From the NCBI GenBank assembly GCA_028534125.1, contig CM052817.1, forward strand, positions 9,612,001 through 9,676,000: a DNA stretch of 64,000 nt, given 5' to 3'. The stretch comes from Lama glama. Lineage: Eukaryota. Positions 25,653 through 40,596 of the stretch are shown one piece after another. The notes under the pieces are model-generated. The model had not been told where the DNA came from. It did no database searches and saw only the letters and a program-made list of their open reading frames with translations. Position 1 is the first letter of the stretch; each line of letters starts with the position of its first letter. The position numbers and the translations under genes were made by a program.

Positions 25653-28339
25653 CCCCCCCCCCCCCCCCCCCGTTGCTTGCTGAGAGCTCAGACCACCCTC
25701 TCCTGCTCTGGGCACTTCTCAGTGTCCTGAGTTACTGTGTAAGGAAAAACATCTTCATGTTGCACTAGTGTGCCAATATTTTATTTCATATATTTTCTAA
25801 AATATAAGATAATCCTCCTAGACTATCTCCTGCTGACTGCCTTGAATATTAGCTTGCTGGGGATGTTACCATCAGAACAGTTTTTTTTTAAGTAATGTGA
25901 AGAGTATTCTCCAAAATATTATGAAATGACTTTTTTAAACCAAAGAGCAAACCTTTATCCTATAATATTAAGAATATACTCGTAGGCATTTACCTTCGCC
26001 TTAAGAGCTGAATCATGCCATCTTTTAAAAATTGCGAACTAAGGGAGTCTTGGCTAAGTTCTTAAGCTCTCTATAAAGATTTGACAACTGATCAAATCAA
26101 TGTTATAATGGTTTAGAGGCATAATTTTTTATGATTGAGTAACAGTCACAGATGAAATTAATTTAGAGGACATTGTTGACTCTCTAGGAATAATACTGTG
26201 CCATTTGGAAATTTTCCATATAATTGTAAGTTCTGAGTTAGAGAAGGTTCAAGAATTATTGGCAACCTTAGGAGGGTAAGAAAAGTCACCTTAAATGCAT
26301 TTGTTTATGCCGCTGCTATCGCACTCTTAACTTTAGGATCTAACGTGTTTCAGAAGATGTTCTGAGATTCTCAGAACTGCAATGCATCAGTTGGTTCAAC
26401 AACCAAGCCCTGAATGTTTGTTGCCTGACTGTGCAGAGCCAACAGACTGTCTGATACTGAGCCAGGAGTGTAGTGGAGAATTGGAAGCCACATAAAAAGA
26501 AGGGTGTACACGGCCCTGCCTCAGGGAGCTTTAAATCCAGCAAGAGATGCAAGGGAAGCAAATACAAAGAAACAGCACTCAGCAGAGTACAGAGACACAG
26601 GACCACTGCAGGGCACAGGGCTGATGGAGGTGTTTGACTTCCTGAGTGTTTTGAACCACAAGTCTCAGTGTTTCCTGGCCAGGCCTGAGATGGGAATGCC
26701 AGGGCAGCCCTACAAAGCAGAAGAAAAGTCCATAGGCTGGCACAGAAAGCTAGGAGTGGGGGATGGGTCGGGGCCTGGCAGCGGACGGGGGAGGAAGGAG
26801 TGAATTAGGGCAACATGGCAGCCTTGAAAGAAGAGATTGACAGGACTTGGTGATGCTTTAACTAGAGGGAGTAAAAAGGAAGGGAATCAAAGTTGGTCCC
26901 AAGGAAAAGTGAGATGGGACTTCACAGGATGGGAGCCGGAGCAGGGCCAGAGTCCTTCTAGAAAGGTCTTGAAAAATGTGGTTTCTGAGGTCTCTCCCAA
27001 ATAAAAATGCTTGGCCTTTCACAAAGATGAAATTTGATTTGGAAACAAAAGAGCTTTGTACTGATTACCTTGACCCCTTTATCATTCACATCTATAACAT
27101 CACCCCGTAGTCATCTTCTTGCTCCCCAAAAACTAGCCACGGTGTGTAAGGTCGCTGGGCGGCTTTTAAATGTGCTAGCATTATTGGTTTTTCCTTATGA
27201 ATCAATGCGGTTGAGCTTTCATATTCCTGGCTTGTGGACTGAGATAGGGAAATTTTCCCTTTAACTGAGCTGGCAGGAACATGAGTTTCCCTTCCTGGAG
27301 CCTCTCCCGATTTCTCTGGCTTGTCTGCAGAATTGGACCATCACAGTGGGAAAAAGTCCTACTTGGAGAAGTGTCCTTGATAACCCTCATCTAGCTCACT
27401 GGGGTCGGGGAGCTAAAATGAAGATACCAAGAGGAGGCTCCCCTCCCAGAAGCTCAGCAGGGAGGAGAGGGAGGGAAATGAATCAGGGGTTTGAAAGGAG
27501 ACCACGGTTTACTTTAGGGTGTGGTTAATTAGAGCACATCTGCCAGCCATGAGAAAAGCAGCCAGTCCAGAAAAGACTGATGACTTCGAAAATGAAAAGG
27601 AAAGTTGCTGGGAAGGGTGGGAGAGAGGAAGGAGAGAGGGTGGGATCAAGCTGTGTTGAGAATGTCCTCTAAGTTGGGAGTGATAACACAGGGGAGGGGT
27701 GGAAGGCAGCTGGGAGGGGGTTCACCTCAGATGCAATGCCCATGGTCTTTCCAGTGAAAGAAGGGAGTCTGTGGACCCAAGAGGAAAAAAGGTTGGATTC
27801 CACACTGAGGGGAAGCGGGGAGGGATCTCTACCAAGAGATGACTAACAGACTGGTGAACAACATCACATGCGGCCGAGATTAAACCACAGCCACTTGTAC
27901 CAAATCCAACACCACCAAGTGGAAGAGATGAAACTGCTGTGTCTTGTTTTACTTTTTTTGTTTAGGTTTTAAAATCAGAGAAATATGACTTTTAAATCAT
28001 GCAATATAAACTACTTCATGATGGATTATTGTCTATCTTAACTTAATGCCCCTACATGTTTAAGATTTGTCTTACCTATGCAATTCTAAATACTGTTAGT
28101 GTAAATTTGCACCAGATTGCTGAGTTAAAGCAAACACTCTTTCAAATGCAGGGGAGGTAACAGTAATTTCATAAATGGTCCCAATTTGGTAGCAGTTGAT
28201 CTAATTGCTATTCTGAATTCACTGCTGCTTTGCTTTACAAAACAGGAATTTTTGAACAGTTGAACATAAATCAAACCATATTTCCTGTCTTGTTTCTTCA
28301 TTAACATTACACTTACAAACACACTCATTTTGCTTCAAG

Positions 28340-28539
28340 CAGTGCTTTTCAATGGAGATAATGTTGCCCCCAGGGGACATCTGGCAATGTCTAAAGACAT
28401 TTTAATTATCACACGTGGTGAGTTGCTGCTGGCACCGCTAATGCAACTGAGGCCAGGAATGCTGCTAAACATCCTACGGTGTGCAGGACAGCTGACTACA
28501 ACGAAGAACTGTTCAGCCCAAAATGTCTGAGAACTGCTG
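28340..28539. mobile_element. MER20 hAT DNA transposon
   Basis: gcccccaggggacatctggcaatgtctaaagacatt...gaggccaggaatgctgctaaacatcctac. Confidence 0.88.
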
Positions 28540-29674
28540 ACTTAGAAAGAAACCAAAAATTAAACTGAATTGTACAGAAAGTCATTTACAGATACCTATT
28601 TAAAGCCCAGAATGCCCATTTTCTGATTTTTAAAACTAGCATTTCACCCTAGCATTAAATTGAGCTGCTATTTTAAAAAATGAGGGTGTCTCAGAAAGAC
28701 AGATCTTACCAGTTAAAGTTTAATTTAAATAAAAGAAATTCTTATTTCACGAAGCTTACGAAAATCAATTGGCTGCCTTAAAAGAGTAGGGTGAAAAGTT
28801 AGGGAAATTTTTGGATTTTTTGGCTTTCTGGGATGGAATCTATTTTTCTTTATTAGAAAAACTTTGACAATTATCTGCTGAGACAGTAGCCCCAGTTGGC
28901 AAACTCTCCATTCCCCCAGAGTTTATCGTCGCCTCTGTCCTACCGACTCAGCACCGAGAATCTCCATTCAGTACCTCATCTGACTCTTGGTATGAGTGTG
29001 ATTGCAGAGACTAGGAACACAGCCCCCTCCACTGACATCTACCAGAAATGCCCCTTATGTAATAGCTGCATGTTCTCTTGGCCACTTTTAACCATGGTGA
29101 CCAGCACAGAGCGCATCCACAAGAATTAAAAACCAAACAGAAGCTCAGAAGCACCTCTTAAGGTCCTTCCACAATAAAATAGTTGATAGACGACTAAAGT
29201 CTAGGAGGGATGTCTTTGCAAAGCAACTGGGATCATGTAATATAGAAGCTTTGTCTTGTGCAGCTGAGCAAACACTTGAGTCTTCTATTATGGAAAGGGA
29301 TGTAGGTATCTGAAAAATACTTGGATTTGTTCCTATTTTCAGATATGTTTTACACCCTGATTTAGCTGCCCTGGCTGTTGGGCTGCTTTGGAATTCTATA
29401 GTCATCAGAGTAGTTAAGAGAGACACAAAGTCAGGAAAGATTTAACAAAATACTAAATACTGTATTATGTCACCTTCTGAAGCATTTTACCAGCCTTAAA
29501 CGGTATTTTCTGACTGGTGATTCCCTTAACTTGAAGTTATATCAGGATTTTATTAGCTCCTGATGTTTTTAAAGCATTTAAGCCTTACTATAGTTCATTT
29601 TTCACCTCCCTACCTTTGCGTGCCCAGAAACATACAAGAGGGTGATGTAATTACAAGTATGGAATATGCCATAG

Positions 29675-30035
29675 AATTCTGGGCTCACTATTCTGTTCCG
29701 TTGATATCTGTGTCTATTTCGGTGCCAGCACCATACTGTTCTGGTTATTGTAGCTTTGCAGTACAGTCTGTAGTCAAGGATTGTTTTGGCTTTTCAGGGT
29801 TTTTTTGTGTTTCTATACAAATTTTTAATTCTTTGTTCTAGTTCTGTGAAAAAAAATGCCATTGGTATTTTGATGTGGATAGCATCGAATCTGTAGATTG
29901 CTTTGGGCAGTATGGTTATTTTAACAGTATTAATTCTTCCAGTCCAAGAACACAGTATATCTTCCCATCTGTTTGTGTCACCATCAGTTTCTTGCATGAG
30001 TGTCTTGGAGTTTTCTGAGCACAGGCATTTTATCT
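29675..30035 (-). mobile_element. L1 ORF2 fragment
   Basis: ORF 29794-29997(-) [39 protein letters not shown] is a typical L1 ORF2 segment. Confidence 0.92.
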
Positions 30036-32246
30036 CAAAGTGTATGAGTTTTGAATGAAACAGTTGTAGATTCAGATCCCAGCTTTGTGACCAGGGAGGT
30101 CACATGCATCAGCTAGAATTGCTGAGCCTGTTATCTCGCCTAATCTTTACCACAAACCATCAGATTCTGGTTAAGATTAAACGTGATAACAGACCTAAAA
30201 GCCTCTGATGGCCTCATACAAAGGAATATCTCAATGAATTAAAATTGGGGGAAAAGTATAAAAATTTCTAAAGGAAAAAATGTCAGGATGAAACGTCATG
30301 CCAGTGAGTCCATAATTTAACAGGTCACACCAAGCTCTCCTGTGCAATAAATGACCACCTGATGCATGTTCTTTAGGCTCCATGATATTCTAAAACTGCA
30401 GGCTCTTATGAGAGGTTGGGATAAGCAAAAAAAAGCACTTCTTTTAGAGTTCTGAACCAATAAAAATATAGTGAAAAAGTGTCAAAAATGTAAAAAAGGG
30501 GGTCACTATAAGTTAACAGAGGTTTGAGGGACATACCGGTCATTTGGAATGTATGGAATACACTTTGATCTTGATCAAAGTACAATAATTTTTTGAGACT
30601 CTGAAGAATATCTGAAACTTACTGATATTTGATGTTATTAAGGAATTGCTGTGAAAACAGTATTGGCAATTCTGTTTTTTTGTATCATTCTCTTTTAGTG
30701 ATACATATTGAAATAGTTACAGATGAAATGATGTCTAGGTTCAGAATATTGGTGGAGAGTCAAGTTGTTGAGACTATAGATAAAACCAGATTGGCTCTAA
30801 ATTAGTGGTAGTTGAAGATAGGTGATGGGTTCATGGTATATTATTCTTCCAAAATTACATATATTTGAAATGTTCCCTAAATGATCTTTCTACTATAGAT
30901 TAAAATATTACCTTGTTTACTGGTAAAGGTGAATTTGGAGAGTGCGGCTTAAACGTACCACTCCTGGGCTTCTTGCTGAACTTCTGAATTAGGCGGAGGT
31001 AAGCCCTGAACAGTCGCAGGTGTCTTGGTGCACTCAGCCTGTGAGACTAGCTCACGATGGTACTAAGTCTGGGGTCCTGAGTCCAATTCCTATGCGGTTT
31101 CTGCCTTTGTCTTTGCCCCAGCAGCATCTCCAAACTCGGTCAGCCATCTTGCAAATGTGAGCTCGTGGGTACCAGGGAGACGAGGCCAGGATAGCAGCCC
31201 AGTACAAATTCACCTTCACCCTCATCCTTGGAAAAGAACTCATATCATGTGCCCTGTGAAGGAGGAAGGGTGGAGGGGAGCTGTCGTGTCATCTTGGTGC
31301 ATTCAGGTGGTAAATGGAAAGTATTCGTCAGAGGGGGACTCTACTGCATAAAAGAAAAATAGGAAGATTTAATTCATAGAAATTGTAAAAGTCAAATCAG
31401 CATTTTAGAGAAATGTGTGCCAGCCAGAAAGACCTCATGGAGAGAAAGAGTAAAGCACAGGAAAACAGCCAGCAGAGCCGTGGAATGTTTTATCTTCTTA
31501 CCGCAAAGGTGAAACGAACCACAGATAAAAGGGAGACTTGATCAAACGGAGCAGAGGGTCCTACTGAGGCCGCATCGTGTCTCCACAATCTGCGGCTGCC
31601 AGGCAACGGGTCCTCCATCTCGCGGTGATGGCACTGTAACGAGACACCGCGGTAATTAGCGTCAGAGCTACAGGTGGGCTAGTTGGCTCCGTCGTGGGAG
31701 AAGGCCTGAGCCGGAGCTGGATGGGGTTGCAGCAACTAACAAATAAAGTGAAATCTTGCAGGAAAGAGTTTGAGAGATTTACCGAAGAGCAGATTTGAAC
31801 CTGATGCCCTGGAGTACTTCCTACCGCAGTGGAGACTGGTGCAGGCAGTAAACCTTCTAGTGGCATGTCTGTATTGTCTCCCTTTTCCCCCTGATGGCCT
31901 TTCTCTCTGAAGTAACTTGAACCAGGAAAAAAAGGAAGCCCATTCTCCAAACTAATGTGTATTGGCTTGAAATGAGAATAATTGTATTAGCCTGATAATT
32001 TGATTAAGCTCTCTACCCCAGGAGATTAGGCCAGGCAAGAGGACAGGATGTCCAAAACTTGACCATAAGTAGGGTATAATCTGTCTTCTGTGGGAACCAC
32101 AGCAACACAACTCAGCTTTCCACTCTGAGATGGTGCTCTGGACTGGAACAGTGACCAGACCGGCACAGCACAAATGGACTGATTATCTAGGAGTGATCAC
32201 CCTTTATTACCATTTTTCTTTGGCTGTTTCTCTTCCTCAATCTCAG

Positions 32247-32403
32247 GTATATGAAACAGTTGGACACAGTGGTGCCACCTTGCTAGCAGAAGTGTTTCTA
32301 CCTATTCCTGAAACTACTGTTGTCACTGGAAGGGCTCCCATCGAAGAAGTGGAGTTTAGCAGTAACCAGCACGTGACACTGGACCACGAGGGAGTCGGAA
32401 GTG
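32247..32403 (+). CDS. CC2D2A: CC2D2A coding exon (157 nt)
   Basis: aatctcag|GTATAT...GAAGTG|gtaagg; [52 protein letters not shown](G). Confidence 0.96.
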
Positions 32404-32799
32404 GTAAGGAAAGCCTCAGTGGCTCACCGTTTCACAGTCACATATGAACGTTTCTTTTTTTTTTTTTCCCACTTCTCAGACAACCAGACAATTGTAAGAT
32501 TTTTATCAGAAATTTAAATTAAAACAATAATCATACATAATTTTTTTGCAAGGTAATTTGTTATGTACTATGTTTGGCCAGTAAATTCATACAACTATAC
32601 AAGTGTAAAGTAGTTTGGCTATGTGAATTAAAAGTCTTTAGATTGCCTTTGACACCTTAATTCAACTTCTGGGAAAGTAATTTGAAATGACAAAACTTTG
32701 TGCATAAAAATATGTACATCACAGTATTATCTGTAAGGCTTTCAAGTTTGAAATAACATAATTATAATAGATTACTAAATAATAGTCTCTCTTGTCTCC

Positions 32800-33200
32800 T
32801 TTTAGAATTGTGACTGGATATGTGATGGTCTGTCTCACTCTGTCCACCATGTTTCTTAATCTCTCTTTAATATACTTGACATCTTTTTCTTTCACTGCTA
32901 CATTCTTTGTAATTTCTTTAAATCTGTCTTCCAAGTCATGGATTCACTCTTTGCGTCCAGTCATGGAAACTCATCATTGCATTTCTCATTTCCATGATTG
33001 TATTTCTTACCTCTAGAAATTCTATTTAGTTCTTTTATAATCATCCAGTCAGTTCTGATAATGTTTTGTCCTTTTCTCACACTCTCAATCATTTCTTTTA
33101 TTCATCCATTAATTCATTTATTTTTAAACACATAAAAATATTTTTCAGTTTTACAGTCTGTACCTGATCATTCCAATACCTGTCTGCTTGCCTGATTCTA
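32800..33200 (-). mobile_element. Old L1 ORF1 fragment
   Basis: ORF 32719-32934(-) EDRFKEITKNVAVKEKDVKYIKERLRNMVDRVR resembles the L1 ORF1p coiled coil. Confidence 0.7.
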
Positions 33201-33469
33201 ATTCTGTTTCCTCATGTGGCTGATGATTGTTTATTGTGAGTGCACACCCGGAACTTTGCAAGAATTCAGACTCCCAAGTCCAATCACTGATCTAAAAGTC
33301 TGAAGACCTAGGCTTTTAGTTCCAGCTCTGGTACTGACAAACTGCATGACCCCAGTAATCTCGTAACCTCTTTGAATATCATCTCCCTCATTCATAAAAT
33401 GGATCTAGTAATACCTCTCTTAGTGTCTTATAGGGTTATTTTAAGTATCAAGATGGAGTGTTCAGCCAT

Positions 33470-33765
33470 CTACAAAACAGAAACAGCCTCACAGACACAG
33501 TAAACAATCTTATGGTTACTGGAGTAAAGGGGGTGAAAAGAGACAAATTTGGGAGTTTGAGATTTGCAAATATTAGCTATATATTTAATAGATAGAAAAC
33601 AAATTTCTTCTTTTAGCACAGGGAACTGTATTCAATATCTTGTAATAACCTTTAACGAAAAAGAATATGAAAACAAATGTATGTATGTGTATGTATGGCT
33701 GCGACACTGTGCTGTACACCAGAAACTGACACATTGTAACTGACTACATTTCAATTTTTAAAAAA
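33470..33765 (+). mobile_element. 5'-truncated L1 3' end with TSD-like flanks
   Basis: acaaaacagaaacagcctcacagac...tgctgtacaccagaaactgacacattgtaactgactacatttcaat; atgRagtgttcag on both sides. Confidence 0.85.
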
Positions 33766-34079
33766 TGAAGTGTTCAGTATGAGGAAAAGATCTTGAAAAG
33801 ATGCTATTACAGGGTTAGCAGTGACACTGTTTTGTGTGAATAATGTTAACTGGAACTCTAGAGGATGAAGCTGCTATATGTTGTGCTTGAAAACCTTTTC
33901 TTTGTTTACTTGAGTAAATGTCCTGCTCCAAAACCTTTCGTCATTAATTTCTGATCAGTGGGGCCAAATCCGTGAGGCTTTGCTGTAGTCGTGACAGCCC
34001 AGCAGCAGAGCCGTTGAGCGGTCAGTGTCTGCCCGGCCCTGTCTGAGCCTTTGCAGGTTCACCTCCCCCCCACTTAGGG

Positions 34080-34640
34080 CATCTGCCCTTGTTCCTTCTG
34101 CTGAGGATGCTTGTTCTCAAGACCCCGACGTGCCTCACTTCCTCACTGTCTTCAGGCCCTTATTCAAAAGTGACCTCTCACGGAGCCTTCCCTGGCCACC
34201 CCACCTGCAAGTTCAGCCGCACCCCAGCACACATGTTCTATACCCTTCCTGCATTTGTTTCTCTTGTACTTATCACCCTCTAGCATACTGCTCATTTCTC
34301 TTATTTATCTTGTTTGTAACTTGTCTCCCCTGCTTGAATGCAAACTCATGAGACAGGGATTCCTGTTGGTTTTGTTTCCTTTTTCGTTTTGCTTTGTTTT
34401 GTTTCTCTTTTGGTGGGGGAGGGAGCTAATTAGGTTTATTTATTTTTGGACGAGGTACTGGGGATGGAACCCAGGACCTCACGCATGCTAAGCACACACT
34501 TTACCACTTGAGCTATACCCTCCCCCCAGTTTTGTTTCTTTACTCCTGTCTTCAGTGACTAGAATGATGCCTGGTGTGAAGTAGGAGCTCAAATAAGCAT
34601 CTACTAAATGAATGAATGAATGAATGAATGAATGAATGAA
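34080..34640 (+). mobile_element. L2 3' fragment ending in (TGAA)n, interrupted by a SINE
   Basis: tagaatgatgcctggtgtgaagtaggagctcaaataagcatctactaaatgaatgaatgaa... Confidence 0.75.
34381..34527 (-). mobile_element. tRNA-Ala-derived SINE (vic-1-like)
   Basis: gaggtactggggatggaacccaggacctcacgcatgctaagcacacactttaccacttgagctataccctcccc; gttttgtttc on both flanks. Confidence 0.92.
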
Positions 34641-35005
34641 TAATATCTTCACCATAATCCTTTAAAGGGTGCACTACTATTATCCCTATTTTATGCATAA
34701 AGAAACTAAGGTTCAGAGAAGCTAAGTAATTTGTCTGCAGTCACACAGCTGTTCAGTGGCAGGGCCAGAATATATACACAAATGGTCCCACTCCAGTGTT
34801 TATCATTCATCATGATGTCTCCACTCTGTTGTCAGAGAGAGAGCCACGCAGTCAGCTGTGAGCGCCACCACCTGAAGAAGTTCAGTGATGTTACTGGAGT
34901 TGTGTGTTCCATCCCCGCCCCTCCACCTACACATTCCCTTTGTCTGCCGTCTGCTTTCTCACCAGTGCGGGCTCACTCCCTCTTCCTAACCAACATCCTG
35001 TATAA

Positions 35006-35170
<165 letters not shown>

Positions 35171-36369
35171 TAATGTGTGGCTAGAATAAACTGGTGAGTG
35201 GTGTCAGCGTTGGCGTTAACGCTATTCAGTGGGGAAAAAATGCTTGCAATATCACATTCTTTCCTTTTATTGTCATGTGCCAGCATTTTCAGGGTTTTTT
35301 TTTAATTGTTCTTAAGGTAAAAAAGTAAAATATTAATATCCTAACAAATACTGATGTTTATCAGCGTCAGATACAGTGACGAGCACTTTATTTCATCTTC
35401 GCCAAGGAGTCTGTGCTGTATTCCTTCCCCCATTTCACAGATGGGGATAGCGCACGGCACACTTGTATGTATCTGGTCCTCAGCAAAGCTTCACTGTGAG
35501 TGATGTTGGTGTGAAAACTTCTGGTTATATGAACGCCCCTATTCTCAGTCCCCTTCCTTGATGGCTAGCCCTAGGTTTCTGCTCGGAACAGCAGAAAGGG
35601 GCTCGGGGCCTCAGCAGTTCACCCCAGGCGGGCCCCGCTCTCGGCAGTTGATCTGTCCAGACTGTGGAGCCAGGTGGCGTGGGTTCGAGTCTCGCTTCTG
35701 TCCTTCCCCAATAGGTGTGTCTTGAGTGGACCATCCTACCATTGCAGGCTCAGTTGTCTCCATAAAATAAAAGGACTTACCTCAATCATCAAGAAGACAC
35801 TGTCATTTTCAACACGTGGAAAACCCAAATGGGGCTTATTTTGTTCCCTTTACTCCCTCTCCAACCAAATGCAAACACCCGTGTCCATGTGATAAAAACA
35901 GCAAGGACCTTCTCAGCCAGGAGACTGGCCGCGTTTCCAGTGGAGGCGTGTTTATGCCTGTGAGTGTAAGCCTTTTGCATTCATCGCATTGAGTTGCACG
36001 CTGGGGAAATTTGCTGGGGATTAAAGCTTCAGCTCCTCAGGAGAGGAGGAAGAACGGCGTGAGTGACAGGAGATGCAGCACTGTTCGTAAAGCCCGGCCC
36101 GGCCGTGGTGACCACCCTGGCCCCTCAGAATTCAGTCGTGTCCAAAGTTGGTGCTCACGTTAGTTGCATAAGTGTTAATTTTTTTCTCTTTTATTGTAGC
36201 CTCAGCGATAAGTGGTCCCCAGCTGTCTGGGAAGGGAGGCCTTCAAGGCGTCCTGCACCAGTTGCAGTGGCTCCTTTCCTTGGCCTGGATCCAGGAACTC
36301 GGGACACTTTCATGCACTGGGCAGAGTCGCAGGAATGGGTCACATTTGCAGTCCTTCCATTTATGCTTC

Positions 36370-37420
36370 TTTTTTTCCAGTTTTATTGAGATATAATTGA
36401 CACATAACATTGTATACATTTAAGGTATACAACGTAGTGATATTTGTACATATTGCAAAATGATTATCACAGTAAGTTTAGTTAACATCCATCACCACAC
36501 AGTTACAGGCTTTTTCCCTTGTGATGAGAAATGTTAAGATCTACTGACTTAGTCATTTACAATATACAATATGGTGTTAGTAACTATGGTCACCGCGCTG
36601 TACATTAGATTCCCAGGACTTACTCATCTTAGAATTGGAAGTTCGTCCTCTTGACTCCCTTCACTCATGTCTCCACCCCGCCTCCACCTCTGGCTCCACC
36701 AATCAGTTCTCTGTTTCTATGAATTTGGTTTTTTTTAGATTCCACATGTAAGTGAGATCCTCTCACTTCGCCTAATGCCCTCAAGGTCCATCCATGTTGT
36801 TGCAAATGGCAGGATTTCCTTCTTGTATGACTGAGTAATATTCTGTTGTATATATCTACACCACATTTTCTTTATCCATTCATCTATCGATGGGCATGTA
36901 GGTTATTTCCATGTCTCGGTTATTGTGAATAGTGCTGCAGTAAACCTGGGGGTGCAGAAATCTCTTCTGGATACTGATTTTGTTTCCTTTTGATATATGC
37001 CAAGAAGTGGGATTGCTGGGTCACTCGGTAGTTTTACTTCTAATTTCTTGAGGACCCTCCGTACTGTTTTTCACAGTGGCTGTGCCCATTTGCATTCCCC
37101 CCAAGAGCACACATCCTTGTTTCCACATCCTTGCCAACACTTACTACCACTTGTCTTTTTGATGAGAGCCATTCTGATACGTGTGAGGTGACGCTTCAGT
37201 GGGGTTTGATTTGCATTTCCCTGGTGATTAGTGATGTGGAGCATACTTCATGTGTCTGTTGGCCGTTTGTATGTCTTCTTTGGAACAATGTCTGTTCAGA
37301 TCCTTTGCCCATTTTTTAACTAGATTCTTTGTTTTATTGCCAGTGAGTCATATGAGCTCCTTATATGTTTTGTATATTAACCCCTTATCTGATGTGTGCT
37401 TTGAAAATATTTTCTCCCAC
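36370..37420 (-). mobile_element. L1 (L1MA-like) 3' end
   Basis: ttttattgagatataattgacacataacattgta...tccatccatgttgttgcaaatggcaggatttcc...ttgatttgcatttccctggtgattagtgatgt. Confidence 0.92.
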
Positions 37421-37588
37421 CATTCATACTTCTTCATTTTCCTTATAATATTTAATAGCAACCAACAAGTAAAGAAAAATAGCAAAAGTCCTTCCTTATG
37501 ATCAGATTTTCTCTCCTAGAGAGTAGCCTCCTTAAGCAGTGCTGTCCCTGGGATTTTGGGGTCCTGACAACAAATTGCTCTGTGATGA

Positions 37589-37888
<300 letters not shown>

Positions 37889-39659
37889 TGAGTGCCGGGT
37901 TGAGTGACAGGCTTAAATTCTAGCTCTGTGCTCACCTGGCTGTGCAAGCACTCGTGCTTCTGAGCCCGGTGACGCCCCCACGGTGCTGCCAGGAGGAAGT
38001 GAGCTGCTGCAGGTCAGCCCTGAGCTGGGCACACGATCAGCATGCGGTCAGTGTTAGCTCTTGTTGTAATTCTTACCTCTACCATCTGTGAAAGCCGTAA
38101 AGAAAGTTTTCACTTTGCCCTTTCTCTAATCTGACCCCAGACACTCAGAGTTCCCTGCTCCAGGTCACACAGCTGGTAAGGACTCAGATCCAAGTCGAGG
38201 TGACTTCAGGGCACGTGTTCTTTCCATCCCATCTTGAAGGACTGATGGGGCAATTTAAGAAACAGGGATTTTGTTTGTTTTCTTGTTGGATAATTAATTA
38301 GATTATCATTTAGATTTCATTTAAGTATTTCTGAGATTAATTCTTTGTATCTATCATAACATTCTAAATTCTTTCTTTGGTGAATTTACAAATAAAATGT
38401 AACATTAGTCAGTAAATGATTTCTCTTGGTATCAGGTACAATTGTTTTTACTCCCAAGTTCAAAATTTCCACAGAAACATAATAAACACGCAGATGATCC
38501 AGAAAGTGACCACAGCAATACATCTAAGATCACATTTATTGGTATGAGTTCGTCAGTAAGATAACTATAATGGGGTGGAATTTTTCACTCTCCCGTAGCG
38601 ATTCTCAGATAAGTCCCAAAGCAAGCTTTGGTTTATTCTGAATTTTGTGTTTATAAATTCTCCTTCCAACATACTTCACCGTGCAGGTAACAGAAATATT
38701 AGAAAGAACAGGCCATATTACCTGAAGTGTAGCCTCTTCTATGTAAAGTTTTCAAATTACGTTTCAATTACTACCTTCAAATTGGTAGCATTATGTATAG
38801 TACACGTGTCACTTTCATTTTTTTCTTTTCGACTCTTTGCCTTCTCATAGAAGGACCAAAAACACAGGGACTGCCTTCCTGCCTGGCCTCGCTTCATGAA
38901 CCAGGGTTTTCACAGCAGGAACGCCTTTCCCATCGCAAAGCCCCAGCAAATCTCTGCTCCCTGACTTTCCCTCTGCCTGGGAGGAGGTTGCAGCTGGCAA
39001 AGCACCTGGGCGGCATGCAGCCCACACTTGCACATCCCCAGTGTGGCACTGAAGCCGTCCTCTCTGGACCAGGGCACAGGGGCACTGGAGGTTGGCGCCA
39101 GAATCCATCTCTGGCTCGCTTTTCCCAATGACCAAGGCCGTGAGGTGCTGTTTGGGGCAGGAGAACATGGCCATGGAGCCAAGTAAAGTGGATCAGCTGA
39201 CAGTGGGGCCTTTATCTACATTTATGCATAAATATGTTCAGAAAGTGCTCGTCAAAAATAGTTTAAAATATTTTTAAATGTTAAAATATAAAAAATATTC
39301 AAATATTTTACAGATATATGTAAAATACATATATTAGATTTTATAGACACTATGTATGTGAGTAATCTTACCTGCATTAGGCACTTGGTAATCACTGATG
39401 TAAATCTCTTATTTTTCAGTCTGTATATTTTCATAACACCTACTAGGGGAGCATGAGTACCAAAAATAAACCTTACAGTTTTCATTTCTTTGATCCATGG
39501 TACTTTTTATAGCTACTAAATGAATAGAACAGCGCCTGCCCCATCTTGTGATATATTTCAGTGTATTTTCTCTTTAAACAAAATGCTGGAAGTTTCAGGT
39601 CTCCCAGCCTAAAACCCATGAAACGTCATTCCCAGCAGCTCAGCCATGAGTCTCCTTGA

Positions 39660-40070
<411 letters not shown>

Positions 40071-40596
40071 TGAATCCAATGTTTAAATAATCTTTGTCTC
40101 AGTATAACGACACATAAACCAGGGAAAAATTAGAGTTGTAGGGTTGAAAAATATCTCAAGTGGTACTGAAGCCATCCGCTTGAGGCTTTTTGCCTGGCTG
40201 AACTGCCACTTAATGTGACAAATTATCCTGCCTTCGTCAGGAATTCAATGCCTTTTTAATCCAACAAGTATTTACTAAGCACAAAGCGCAGTGGTAAGCA
40301 CTGTAGGGAAAACAGATGGGTAGGATCTGAGCAGCATTGGGGTAGTGGGGCACGGGGCTGACACCCCGCACAGGCAGCAGGCTGCACTGAGGCTGGGCAG
40401 AGGAGGACTCATGGTGGGCGTGGGGCAGGGAGCCCTTGAGGAGTTACAGGTAAGAGGCCCGTGTAGGTGGGGCAGGCGAGAGAAAGCCAGTGTTTGTTTG
40501 ATGAGGTAAGTGGAGAGCCATTAGAAACTGACACCAGGATGATTTTTCATGCAGAAACTAGTCTTGGGGCATATTTTTGGTAACTTGGTTCCTCTT

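Noticed and set aside
29794..29997. Protein-like minus-strand ORFs (also 32719-32934 and 59635-59886) as nested genes
   Set aside because: Decayed L1 ORF2/ORF1 fragments
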